A stretch of 64,000 nucleotides of DNA from Thermodesulfobacteriota bacterium (GTDB taxonomy: Bacteria > Desulfobacterota > Desulfobacteria > Desulfobacterales > SURF-7), in the NCBI GenBank assembly GCA_049320885.1, contig JBMORA010000028.1, positions 1 to 64,000 of the forward strand. The letters run 5' to 3'. The notes below the pieces were generated by a model. That model did no database searches, had not been told where the DNA came from, and saw only the letters and a list, made by a program, of their open reading frames with translations. How positions within the stretch are numbered: position 1 is the stretch's first letter; each line of letters begins with the position of its first letter. Positions 19,610-28,046 of this stretch are shown here, one piece after another. Made by a program: the position numbers and the translations under genes.

Positions 19610-20745
19610 CTCGTTTCTCCTTTCTGTTCATTTGATTGCATTTGGCGCAGATCATCCGATAGCATTTTCAAGATATGGGCGTTCGGCCAGGAAGCCTTAA
19701 TCGAGGTGCCTTGGGCGTTTTGGGAAGAAATATGGAAGCTGCCGCCGATAAATTCCGCTCTTTCTTTCATGCTTTCCAGTCCCATGCCTGGATTCGTTAC
19801 GTTTGTCCCAAGGGTCTCGCCGACATCAAAACCGATGCCGTTATCGAAAATCTCGAAATCAATCCGTTCATTCTGTTTCTGCAAGCGTATGGCGATATGA
19901 TCGGCACGGCTGTGCTTCACAATATTGGCAAGGGCCTCCTGAAGGATTCTGAAAATAACGATCTTCAACGGTTTGGGCACATCCGTTTCCGCAATTCCGA
20001 TCTGCACATTGATCTCAACACATGGGGTCACCAAATTAAATTTACGGCAGTACCAATGGATGGTCCTGATAATACCCAAGTCGTCCAACAGTGTGGGGCG
20101 GATATTGGAATAGATATTCCGCAGGTCATGCAGCGCCTTCTTGACCAGGGGCAGCATTTCCTGTGCGGATTGGGATTGCCTTCCCGATTCAAGCGGGAGA
20201 CGGATGACATTTTCCAACCCGAGTTTGATGGCAGTGAGACTGCTGCCGATATTATCATGGAGTTCCCGGGATAGTTTTTTGCGTTCCTCCTCCTGGGTGT
20301 GGATCAATTTTGCGGAGATAACCCGCAGGCGCTGTTCGGTCTTTCTCAGGGTTACCATATTCCGCATTTTTTCGATGGCGTAGTGAATGCAATGCACGAG
20401 CAATACCGGTGTCAGGTGTTCTTTTTCGATCCAATCCATGATTCCCGGCGGAAAGCGACTGGACAATACTTTGCTGTCTTGTTCTTCCACTATCACAACA
20501 ACTGGGCAGGCCAGCGCTTCCTTACTCAAGACTTCCAGTAAATCCGTTAGGCTTTGCATCGATAGAACTGCATCGATAAAACAAACATCCATCATTCTCT
20601 GCTTCAGCAGCAGCGAAGCTTCTTTAATGGTTCGCGTCCATTCCAGTTGCACCTGAAAGGCCTCGACTTGCCGGGTCATCTCTTTTAAAAGAGTATAGCT
20701 TTCTGCGTGATGGGCAACCAGCAAAATTTTCAAGTCTTGCCTCAT
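19606..20745 (-). CDS. Receiver-like domain plus HisKA_3 histidine kinase
   Basis: SRELHDNIG, QEALANIVKH, DNGIGF, GMGL; likely start MRQDLKILLV; overlaps the regulator start. Confidence 0.85.
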   Translation of the reverse strand: MRQDLKILLVAHHAESYTLLKEMTRQVEAFQVQLEWTRTIKEASLLLKQRMMDVCFIDAVLSMQSLTDLLEVLSKEALACPVVVIVEEQDSKVLSSRFPPGIMDWIEKEHLTPVLLVHCIHYAIEKMRNMVTLRKTEQRLRVISAKLIHTQEEERKKLSRELHDNIGSSLTAIKLGLENVIRLPLESGRQSQSAQEMLPLVKKALHDLRNIYSNIRPTLLDDLGIIRTIHWYCRKFNLVTPCVEINVQIGIAETDVPKPLKIVIFRILQEALANIVKHSRADHIAIRLQKQNERIDFEIFDNGIGFDVGETLGTNVTNPGMGLESMKERAEFIGGSFHISSQNAQGTSIKASWPNAHILKMLSDDLRQMQSNEQKGETR

Positions 20746-21277
20746 CGTGCGATCTTTGCGTCTGGTCTTCATGATTTGGGATATACAATCAAAAAATGCA
20801 TAGAACAATAAAACAAATTTATACCATTCAGTCAAATTTTCATCAAAATTTTTTATCTGTCTCACCCTTAAATGCGTCTGTGAGAACTGCGCTTTCCCAA
20901 TTGACCACCGGCAATTTGGGACCTCCTCCTTGCCCCACAATAACGGATTCAGTTTAATATAGAAGAAGATTTCAGCCACAATGCCAATCTCAAGCCGGTA
21001 AAGATGGCCGTTGCAGTACATATTGTATACTGGACCGGCTGAATTGAAATACTGGTTTGGCAGTATTTTTATTTTGCGCCTTGTGAAGTAATAGACGTAT
21101 CGATATCAAAAAAATATTTCAAGACCTCAAGGAGGGATTATGCGTGCTAAGCGGAATGAAAACAGGTTGGCAGATATCCCGCAGCCAGATTTGACGCAAC
21201 CCAAGTTGATATCAGCAGGTGTTGGAAGTAATTCGAGCCCCGCTAATTTGAATTCAAGCCAACAGGAGAGCAGCATC

Positions 21278-21538
21278 ATGGAAAATCGTCAATTCGTAAG
21301 ACAAATTATCGAATTAAATCGTGAATCAGTGGATACTATTTTCGACACATTGACTTGGCTGCACATGCAAACAGAAAAGATGACCGACCGCATGATCAAC
21401 AATGGTATTTGGCTGCCGGAGGAGGGACGAAACCTCATATCGGAATGGAACGCGGCCTGCAGGAAAGGGCAAGAAAATTTGAAAAAATCCATCAATGCTT
21501 ATTTTGAGCAAACAGCCGTCATTTTGAAAGTGGATTGA
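21278..21538 (+). CDS. Small helical hypothetical protein (phasin-like, deltaproteobacterial)
   Basis: RBS AGGAG; QTEKM...WLPEEG...EW..A..KG motif. Confidence 0.6.
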   Translation: MENRQFVRQIIELNRESVDTIFDTLTWLHMQTEKMTDRMINNGIWLPEEGRNLISEWNAACRKGQENLKKSINAYFEQTAVILKVD

Positions 21539-21689
21539 TTTCAGAATCGACCTCATCGATCCACTCCGGATCAATCATCTGACAACGTACCGATGTCTTT
21601 GAAGCCCGGCTGTCATTTCCAAATTCTTTTCATGCACAGGTCGGCACCAACGCATTGGGAATTTGCTGCCCTAAAGGATAGCCGCAAAG

Positions 21690-22748
21690 ATGATACTGGA
21701 AACCATTTATTATCATAATACCGTCCGCAGTTGGCTCGCAGCCGTCACCATTTATATTGTCGTTTTTCTGTTCCTGGTTATTGCCAAAAAATTGGCCTAT
21801 CGGAAATTGACTGTCTGGACTTCCCAAACCGTTTCAGAATGGGACGATCTGATCCCCCATCTGATCCAGCGCCTGAAACTAGCTGTCATTTTCGCCCTCA
21901 GCCTTTATGCTGGTACCGCGGTATTGACACTATCCGAAGGTTTGCACCTGCTCATCCACAAACTCTGTCTGGTTGTGCTGCTGCTCCAATCGGCCATATG
22001 GGTATCCTATAGCATGAGTTTTTGGCTGGCCCTGTACCGGAAACAGCAAATGGTTATCAATGCGGGTGCGGTCACCACGGTCAGCGCCATGGCCTTCATA
22101 TTGCAGGTATTGCTGTGGACAATCATTCTATTGTTAATCCTCTCCAATCTCGGCGTGAACATTACGGCCCTGATCACCGGCCTTGGCGTGAGCGGTATCG
22201 CCATGGCCCTGGCGGTTCAGAATGTGCTCGGTGATTTATTCTCATCCTTCTCCATCGTTCTGGACAAACCTTTTGTCATTGGCGATTTCATCATTGTGGA
22301 CGACTATCTTGGTACGGTTGAAAAGGTTGGCATTAAAACCACGCGCATCCGGAGCCTTTCCGGGGAGCAGCTGATTTTTTCCAACACTGACCTCTTGAAT
22401 AGCAGGATCCGAAATTTTAAGCGCATGGTGGAACGGCGAGTGGCTTTTCACCTGGGGCTCGTCTATCAGACAAGCCTTGCACAGCTTGAGGCCGTCCCAC
22501 GGATCTTGCGAGAAGTCGTCGAAGCGCAATCAGGTGTCCGTTTTGACCGGGCCCATTTTAAAGAATACGGTGAATACGCCTTGAATTTTGAAATCGTCTA
22601 CTGGGTCGAAAACCCGGATTACAATTTCTACATGGATGTTCAACAGGCTGTCAACCTGACGATCTACAAACGCTTCCAGATTGAAAACATCCGATTTGCC
22701 TACCCAACCCAGGCTCTTCTCCATTTGCATCCGGAGACAGGGGTCTGA
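21690..22748 (+). CDS. mscS: Small-conductance mechanosensitive channel
   Basis: GLGVSGIA.ALA.Q, DKPFVIGD, GIKTTRIRSLSGEQ, FDRAHF, FAYPT. Confidence 0.92.
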   Translation: MILETIYYHNTVRSWLAAVTIYIVVFLFLVIAKKLAYRKLTVWTSQTVSEWDDLIPHLIQRLKLAVIFALSLYAGTAVLTLSEGLHLLIHKLCLVVLLLQSAIWVSYSMSFWLALYRKQQMVINAGAVTTVSAMAFILQVLLWTIILLLILSNLGVNITALITGLGVSGIAMALAVQNVLGDLFSSFSIVLDKPFVIGDFIIVDDYLGTVEKVGIKTTRIRSLSGEQLIFSNTDLLNSRIRNFKRMVERRVAFHLGLVYQTSLAQLEAVPRILREVVEAQSGVRFDRAHFKEYGEYALNFEIVYWVENPDYNFYMDVQQAVNLTIYKRFQIENIRFAYPTQALLHLHPETGV

Positions 22749-22803
22749 GGCGTACCCATAAAGCAGCATCACGGGTGGGAGGTTTAAATTGAGAAAAGGC
22801 GAT

Positions 22804-22830
22804 GGAGGGCGGTTCTGGCTCCCGCCCTCC
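22804..22830. terminator. GC-rich hairpin between convergent mscS and FNT genes
   Basis: GGAGGGCGG / CCGCCCTCC 9-bp stem; no clear U-tract. Confidence 0.45.
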
Positions 22831-22839
22831 CCGCCCAGA

Positions 22840-24132
22840 TCAGGAGGATGTACGCCCCTCGGCCTTTTTCTGGGGGTTGGCAGGCTTCAGATACGCCCCC
22901 CAATAACTCATGCCCACGAACACCGCCCCGCCGATGATGTTGCCGATGGTCACCGGCAGGAGGTTTTTCCACAGACAGTTGACCCAGGTCAGGCCCTCGG
23001 CGTTGATGGCCTGAATGGCGGCCAGTTCCCCCCAGCTCTTGATGAAGATGCCGGTGGGAATGAAATACATGTTGGCCACGCAGTGTTCGAAGCCGATGGC
23101 GACGAACCCCATGATGGGAAAGAAAATGGCGAAAATTTTACCGACGGTCTGCCGGGCCGCCAGGGCCATCCATACCGCCAGGCAGACCAGCCAGTTGCAG
23201 CCGATGCCCCGGAAAAGGGCTTCGCTGAATCCCAGGGTTGATTTTTTCAGGGCGATGGTGACCGCGGCGGCCCCCAAGGCGCCGTCTCCGGTTTTCCACA
23301 GGCCGGAAAAATAAAACAGCAGGGCGATAACCAGCGACCCCACGAAATTGGCCAGATACACCACGGACCAGCGTTTGAGCATGTTGCCGATGGTGATTTC
23401 CCGGCTCAAGACACTGGAGACCATGAGATTGTTGCCGGTGAAGAGTTCGGCCCCGGCAATGACCACCAGCATCAGTCCGAGACTGAAAGCGGCGCCGGCC
23501 ATGACCTTGGACAAGCCGACGCCGGTGATGGGCGCCATGTCGAAGGTGACGCTGGTGGACAGCAGGCCGCCGAAGCCGATATAAGAGCCGGCCAGGACCC
23601 CCAATACCGTAACCGTCAGCCAGGGGGAAGTCACCTTGCCCACGCCGATGGTGGACGCCACCGTTTCCGCGATGGTCTTGGGTGCCTTGTCTTCCATGCC
23701 CGGAACCGGAAACTGCAGGGATTTGATGATGTTTTCAAAGCGGCCCAGAACCTGTTTTTCCGCCGTCAATTTGCGCTGGATCGCCCTTGTGACCGTGGCG
23801 TATATTTCTTCCGGAGTGAACGGCTTGGCCACATAATCCATGGCGCCCCGCTTCATGGCCTCGGTGGCCCGCCCCACGGAAGGAAAACCGCTGATCATCA
23901 CCATGGCGGATTCCGGCGATCTTCGATGGAGTTCCTCGATCACGTCGAGACCGTCGAAACCGGGCATTTTCCAGTCGCACAGAATCACATCGAAGGCGGA
24001 ATCCCCGGCGAGCCGGAGCCCTTCCTGGGGACTCGATGTGATCACCACGTTGAAACCTTCCGCGCTGAAGATCCTCCGACAGGAATTCAAGACGATTTCA
24101 TCGTCATCAATGATCAGCATGGTCTGGGTCAT
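22840..24132 (-). CDS. Receiver domain fused to formate/nitrite transporter (FNT) channel
   Basis: REC (IIDDD, LCDWKMP, SG, KPF) in frame with FNT motifs GAELFTGN, GIGCNWLVCLA, GFEHCVANM. Confidence 0.92.
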   Translation of the reverse strand: MTQTMLIIDDDEIVLNSCRRIFSAEGFNVVITSSPQEGLRLAGDSAFDVILCDWKMPGFDGLDVIEELHRRSPESAMVMISGFPSVGRATEAMKRGAMDYVAKPFTPEEIYATVTRAIQRKLTAEKQVLGRFENIIKSLQFPVPGMEDKAPKTIAETVASTIGVGKVTSPWLTVTVLGVLAGSYIGFGGLLSTSVTFDMAPITGVGLSKVMAGAAFSLGLMLVVIAGAELFTGNNLMVSSVLSREITIGNMLKRWSVVYLANFVGSLVIALLFYFSGLWKTGDGALGAAAVTIALKKSTLGFSEALFRGIGCNWLVCLAVWMALAARQTVGKIFAIFFPIMGFVAIGFEHCVANMYFIPTGIFIKSWGELAAIQAINAEGLTWVNCLWKNLLPVTIGNIIGGAVFVGMSYWGAYLKPANPQKKAEGRTSS

Positions 24133-24140
24133 GGGGCCTC

Positions 24141-24767
24141 CTACTGTTTCATGTGCTTCTTCCCTTCCGTCAGCCAGTGCTTCTGTTCCGGCTTGATCAT
24201 GCCCAGCTGATCCTCCAGCCAGTCGACATCCCCGGTGACGATCGCCAGCTTTTCATTGGCGGTCAATTTGTACGGGCCCAGGGCCTCGCCCCCCTCTTCA
24301 AAGACCTTCCGGGCAAAATCCGGCTCCGCAGCTCCTTTCATCAGCACCTTCCGGACTTCCTCGGCATGAATCAGGGTCTGCTCTTCCGGAACGCTGCCGG
24401 TGGCGGCTTCGATGGCCGATACCACAATCCGGATCAGTTCTTCCGGATCGAACGGTTTTTCAATGTAGTTGACGGCCCCCAGTTTCATGGCCTGGACCGC
24501 CGAAGCCACGCTGGCATAACCCGTTATGATCACCACGGGCATCTGCGGCTTCTGACGTTTGACATCCCGGACAACCGTCAACCCATCCACGTCCGGCATC
24601 CGGATATCAGTGAGAACGATATCGTAGGATTCCTCGGCAGCCATGCGAATCCCGGCCCTGGCGCTCAGGCTGACATCCACCTCGAATCCTTCCTCCGTCA
24701 GCACCCTGCGGATACTCTCCAGGACGATCGCCTCGTCATCAATGGCCAACACTTTTTTCCCCTTCAT
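24141..24767 (-). CDS. Response regulator with small helical C-terminal domain
   Basis: REC LTDIRMP/KPF; C-terminal DFARKVFEEGGEAL..YKLT..EKLAIVTGD. Confidence 0.88.
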   Translation of the reverse strand: MKGKKVLAIDDEAIVLESIRRVLTEEGFEVDVSLSARAGIRMAAEESYDIVLTDIRMPDVDGLTVVRDVKRQKPQMPVVIITGYASVASAVQAMKLGAVNYIEKPFDPEELIRIVVSAIEAATGSVPEEQTLIHAEEVRKVLMKGAAEPDFARKVFEEGGEALGPYKLTANEKLAIVTGDVDWLEDQLGMIKPEQKHWLTEGKKHMKQ

Positions 24768-24848
24768 GAAATCACCTCACATGGTTGTTGTTAGCTGCAT
24801 GCACGGCTTTGTTCCTTCACCGCCAATCGGTGTGTTCCCAGCGGCGGA

Positions 24849-25475
24849 TCACCATATCTCGGCACCCAGTCGGGCCTCCAGCCAGACTTTCTGATCGGGG
24901 CTGAGGGCGCCGACATGCGCTTCTATCCAGGCGATGTCGCCGGTGATGATGGCCAGTTTCTCCGGACCGGTGAGCTGGAAGCCGTCCAGCGCATCCGCGC
25001 CGTTGTTCAACAACTCGCGCCTGAAATCGAAATCCACGGCACCCAGTTCGAGGACCTTGAGAACTTCCTCCTTGTGGATGATGGCCTGCTCCTCCGGCTG
25101 CTCCTCGGCGGCCCGATGGATCGAACCGCTAACGGCCTTGACCAGCTCATCCGGACTGAACGGTTTTTCAATGTAATCCGCGGCGCCGAGTTTCATGGCC
25201 TGAACCGCGGAACGCACCGAGGCATAGCCGGTGATGATCATCACCGGCAAGGACGGTTTGGCGCGCTTGACGTCCCGCAGCACAATCAAACCGCCGATAT
25301 CCGGCATGCGGATATCGGTCAACACCAGATCGTAGGCCTGGCTGATCGCCTTTTCAATGCCTTCCTTTCCGCCGAGGCATTGATCCACCTCATAGTTTTC
25401 CGCCATCAGAATCTTCCGGACACTGTCCAGTACAACCTGCTCATCGTCAATGACCAGCACTCTTTGCTTACTCAT
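24849..25475 (-). CDS. Response regulator with small helical C-terminal domain (paralog of the preceding gene)
   Basis: REC LTDIRMP/KPF; C-terminal DFRRELLNNGADAL..FQLT..EKLAIITGD. Confidence 0.88.
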   Translation of the reverse strand: MSKQRVLVIDDEQVVLDSVRKILMAENYEVDQCLGGKEGIEKAISQAYDLVLTDIRMPDIGGLIVLRDVKRAKPSLPVMIITGYASVRSAVQAMKLGAADYIEKPFSPDELVKAVSGSIHRAAEEQPEEQAIIHKEEVLKVLELGAVDFDFRRELLNNGADALDGFQLTGPEKLAIITGDIAWIEAHVGALSPDQKVWLEARLGAEIW

Positions 25476-25837
25476 GGGGCCTCCTTTTGTATCGCCTGCC
25501 GGACGCTTTTCAGCAGTTCATCCGGGGTAAATGGTTTGGCTATGAAATTGCTCGCGCCCATGTTCAGGGCTTCCGCGATCATGTCTTCCGTATTCAATCC
25601 GCTCATCAGGATCACCGGGATATCGACCTGCCGCTCTCTCAGTTCGCGCAACAAATACAATCCGTCATGCACCGGCATTTTGATGTCCACCAAAAAAGCG
25701 GTGGGTTTTTCCGCCTCCAGGGCTTTCAAAGCCTCCAGGGCCGATGCGACCACCAAGACCTCGAAACCCTCCGGCTCCAACACCCGCCGGCAGCTTTCGA
25801 GCACAATCCGTTCGTCGTCAACCACCAGGATTTTCAT
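25472..25837 (-). CDS. Single-domain response regulator
   Basis: MKILVVDDE, VDIKMP, SG, KPF. Confidence 0.88.
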   Translation of the reverse strand: MKILVVDDERIVLESCRRVLEPEGFEVLVVASALEALKALEAEKPTAFLVDIKMPVHDGLYLLRELRERQVDIPVILMSGLNTEDMIAEALNMGASNFIAKPFTPDELLKSVRQAIQKEAP

Positions 25838-27803
25838 GTTCTTCCACCTGTCTTTCAATGGGTAGCCATATAAAAAAGCTGGAACCCTTGCCGACTTCGC
25901 TCTGCACCCGGATATTGCCGCCGTGCTCCTTGACGATCCCGTAGGAAACCGACAGTCCCAATCCGGTTCCCTTCCCGACTTCCTTGGTGGAAAAAAAGGG
26001 ATCGAACAGTTTGTTCATGTGTTCGGGAGGGATCCCGCAGCCGGTGTCCGTAATGGTGATTTCCACACCCCGGTGGCCGGTATCGCTGGCGGACAGAGCC
26101 GCCGCCGTGGTCACGGTGATTTTGTCGGAAGGCTTGGTGGCATCCAGGGCATTGATCAGGATGTTCAACAACACGCTCTGGATCTGACTGCGATCCAACA
26201 CCAGTGTCGGCAGCTCCTGGCCGGGATGGAACTGGATGCTCACCCCTTTGAGCAGGGCCTGGTTTTCCATCAGTTTGATGGACGCCTCCACCAGCCGGTT
26301 GACATCGCTCTCTTCGGGGTCGAGCCGGGTCTGCCGGGAAAAATCCAGCAACCCCTTGACGATCTTGCGGACCCTTTCGGTGGATTCGGCGATCACCTGG
26401 AGATCCGTGCGCATATCGTCCGGCAGATCCTTCCGCCGCAGAAGCATGTGGGTGTAGGTCAGCACCCCGGTAAGGGGGTTGTTGATTTCGTGTCCCACCC
26501 CCGCCGCCAGACGACCCACCGTGGCCTGCTTCTCGGAATGGATGATCTGGCTGCGGCTCTCGTTGCGGCGGCGCTTCATGGAACCGACCATCTCCAGAAA
26601 AGTCGTCTGCAATACGGCAATTTCCATGTCCTTGGAAATCGAACCGATATCCGGGGAAACGTTTCCCTCGGAGACTTCCCGGCTCGCCCGGATCAACCGG
26701 TGAATGGGGCCCAGAATCCGCCCGGCCAGGAAGAACCCCATGACCACGGCGATAAGGCCGCCCATCCCCATGGACAGGACGAAATACAAAATGAATTTGT
26801 GTTGAATCCCGGAGTAATTGGACTCCGGCACGGCGATGGCGAGCATCCCGACCCGTTTCCCGCCGATATCCTCCAGGGGGCTGTAGGTGGCGATGCACCG
26901 CTCCGTCACGCAGAAATGTCTGGCGGTCCATGGTTTCCCCAGGCCGAGCACCTGATCCCGCACCTCATCCGTCACCATTGTTCCCACGGCGCGTCCGCCG
27001 GTTTCATCCATCATGTTGGTCGCTACCCGGATTGTATCGAACAATATGCTTGCGGTGGGCGGCTTGGCTCCGGCCTGGATCCCGGCCCCCAGGAAGGATT
27101 TTTGCACCAGGTCCACGATATCGGTGCGCTGATGGAGAACCACACCGCCATAAAGCACCCCCAGCAGTTCCCCGCCGTCGTGATTGGCGTAAACGGGGAT
27201 GCCGGCGGCCACGGCCAGGCAGGCTTTGGTCCCTTCGGCAGCCGTATTTTTCCCGTCATCAGCGGCAGACGTGTAGAACTGGATCCGTCCGGCCAGTTCC
27301 GGATTTTCGGTGGTCAGGAAATCCCGCGTCAGCACCACCGTGCCGGCAACGGGCAACCGGCTTGCCCTGACCGCCTGAACAACCGGGTTTTCGGCCTGCC
27401 GCTGCCCCTCCGGAATCAGCTTGGGCGTCGGTCGACTGATGGATCGGCCGTCGGGCAGCACGATCCCGGCAAAATCCAGATCGGCATGGATCGAAAGACG
27501 CTGCAGACGTTCATATAATTCCTCCGGATTGGCTTCCGTGAAGGCGTTGCGAAAGCCTGGTCCCAGACTGGTGATCTCCAGGGCCAGTTTAATGAAACGG
27601 GTGCGGGAACGATAGGCGTCGTCCGCCGCGTTCAAAGCCAGACCGACCTGGCTGGCGGCCTCCTGGACAACCCGGTTGTACAGCAGATAACCGGCGATTA
27701 ACAACGACAGGCCGCCCACCAGAAAAGAAACGAGCAGGAAACCAATGACCAGTTGAAAGCGCGTGGAATGCAACATGCCGTTTTTCCCATATTTATCAAT
27801 CAT
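25818..27803 (-). CDS. Membrane sensor histidine kinase (periplasmic Cache-like, HAMP, HisKA, HATPase)
   Basis: Two TM helices; RVATN..GRAVGT Cache motif; HEINNPL, DTGCGI, FDPFFSTK, GTGLGL. Confidence 0.92.
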   Translation of the reverse strand: MIDKYGKNGMLHSTRFQLVIGFLLVSFLVGGLSLLIAGYLLYNRVVQEAASQVGLALNAADDAYRSRTRFIKLALEITSLGPGFRNAFTEANPEELYERLQRLSIHADLDFAGIVLPDGRSISRPTPKLIPEGQRQAENPVVQAVRASRLPVAGTVVLTRDFLTTENPELAGRIQFYTSAADDGKNTAAEGTKACLAVAAGIPVYANHDGGELLGVLYGGVVLHQRTDIVDLVQKSFLGAGIQAGAKPPTASILFDTIRVATNMMDETGGRAVGTMVTDEVRDQVLGLGKPWTARHFCVTERCIATYSPLEDIGGKRVGMLAIAVPESNYSGIQHKFILYFVLSMGMGGLIAVVMGFFLAGRILGPIHRLIRASREVSEGNVSPDIGSISKDMEIAVLQTTFLEMVGSMKRRRNESRSQIIHSEKQATVGRLAAGVGHEINNPLTGVLTYTHMLLRRKDLPDDMRTDLQVIAESTERVRKIVKGLLDFSRQTRLDPEESDVNRLVEASIKLMENQALLKGVSIQFHPGQELPTLVLDRSQIQSVLLNILINALDATKPSDKITVTTAAALSASDTGHRGVEITITDTGCGIPPEHMNKLFDPFFSTKEVGKGTGLGLSVSYGIVKEHGGNIRVQSEVGKGSSFFIWLPIERQVEEHENPGG

Positions 27804-27850
27804 ACAGTCCGGAAAAGGGACTATCCGCCCCCATGGCTATCCCTTGCTTG

Positions 27851-27866
27851 TGCAATTCGCTTGCCA
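27851..27866 (-). promoter_or_regulatory. Sigma54 (-24/-12) promoter candidate for the kinase-REC-FNT operon
   Basis: Minus strand TGGCAAGCGAATTGCA: GG-N10-GC; AT-rich tract upstream. Confidence 0.7.
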
Positions 27867-28046
27867 TCGGCCCGAATAATATTATATATATGTTTTTATT
27901 GGTTATTTATACAAATGAAGGCCATCGGGCAGGTCCGGGGAAAATCCACCGCCGCCCCGGGGTCTGATAAGGTTTTTTTCAAGGTGTAAAAAAAACCGAC
28001 GCCCCCCGGTTTTCCGGAAAATCCCGGGCTGTTCCGGAGGGTGTTG

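Noticed and set aside
25923..27518. 531-aa plus-strand ORF
   Set aside because: Antisense shadow of the histidine kinase due to GC codon bias
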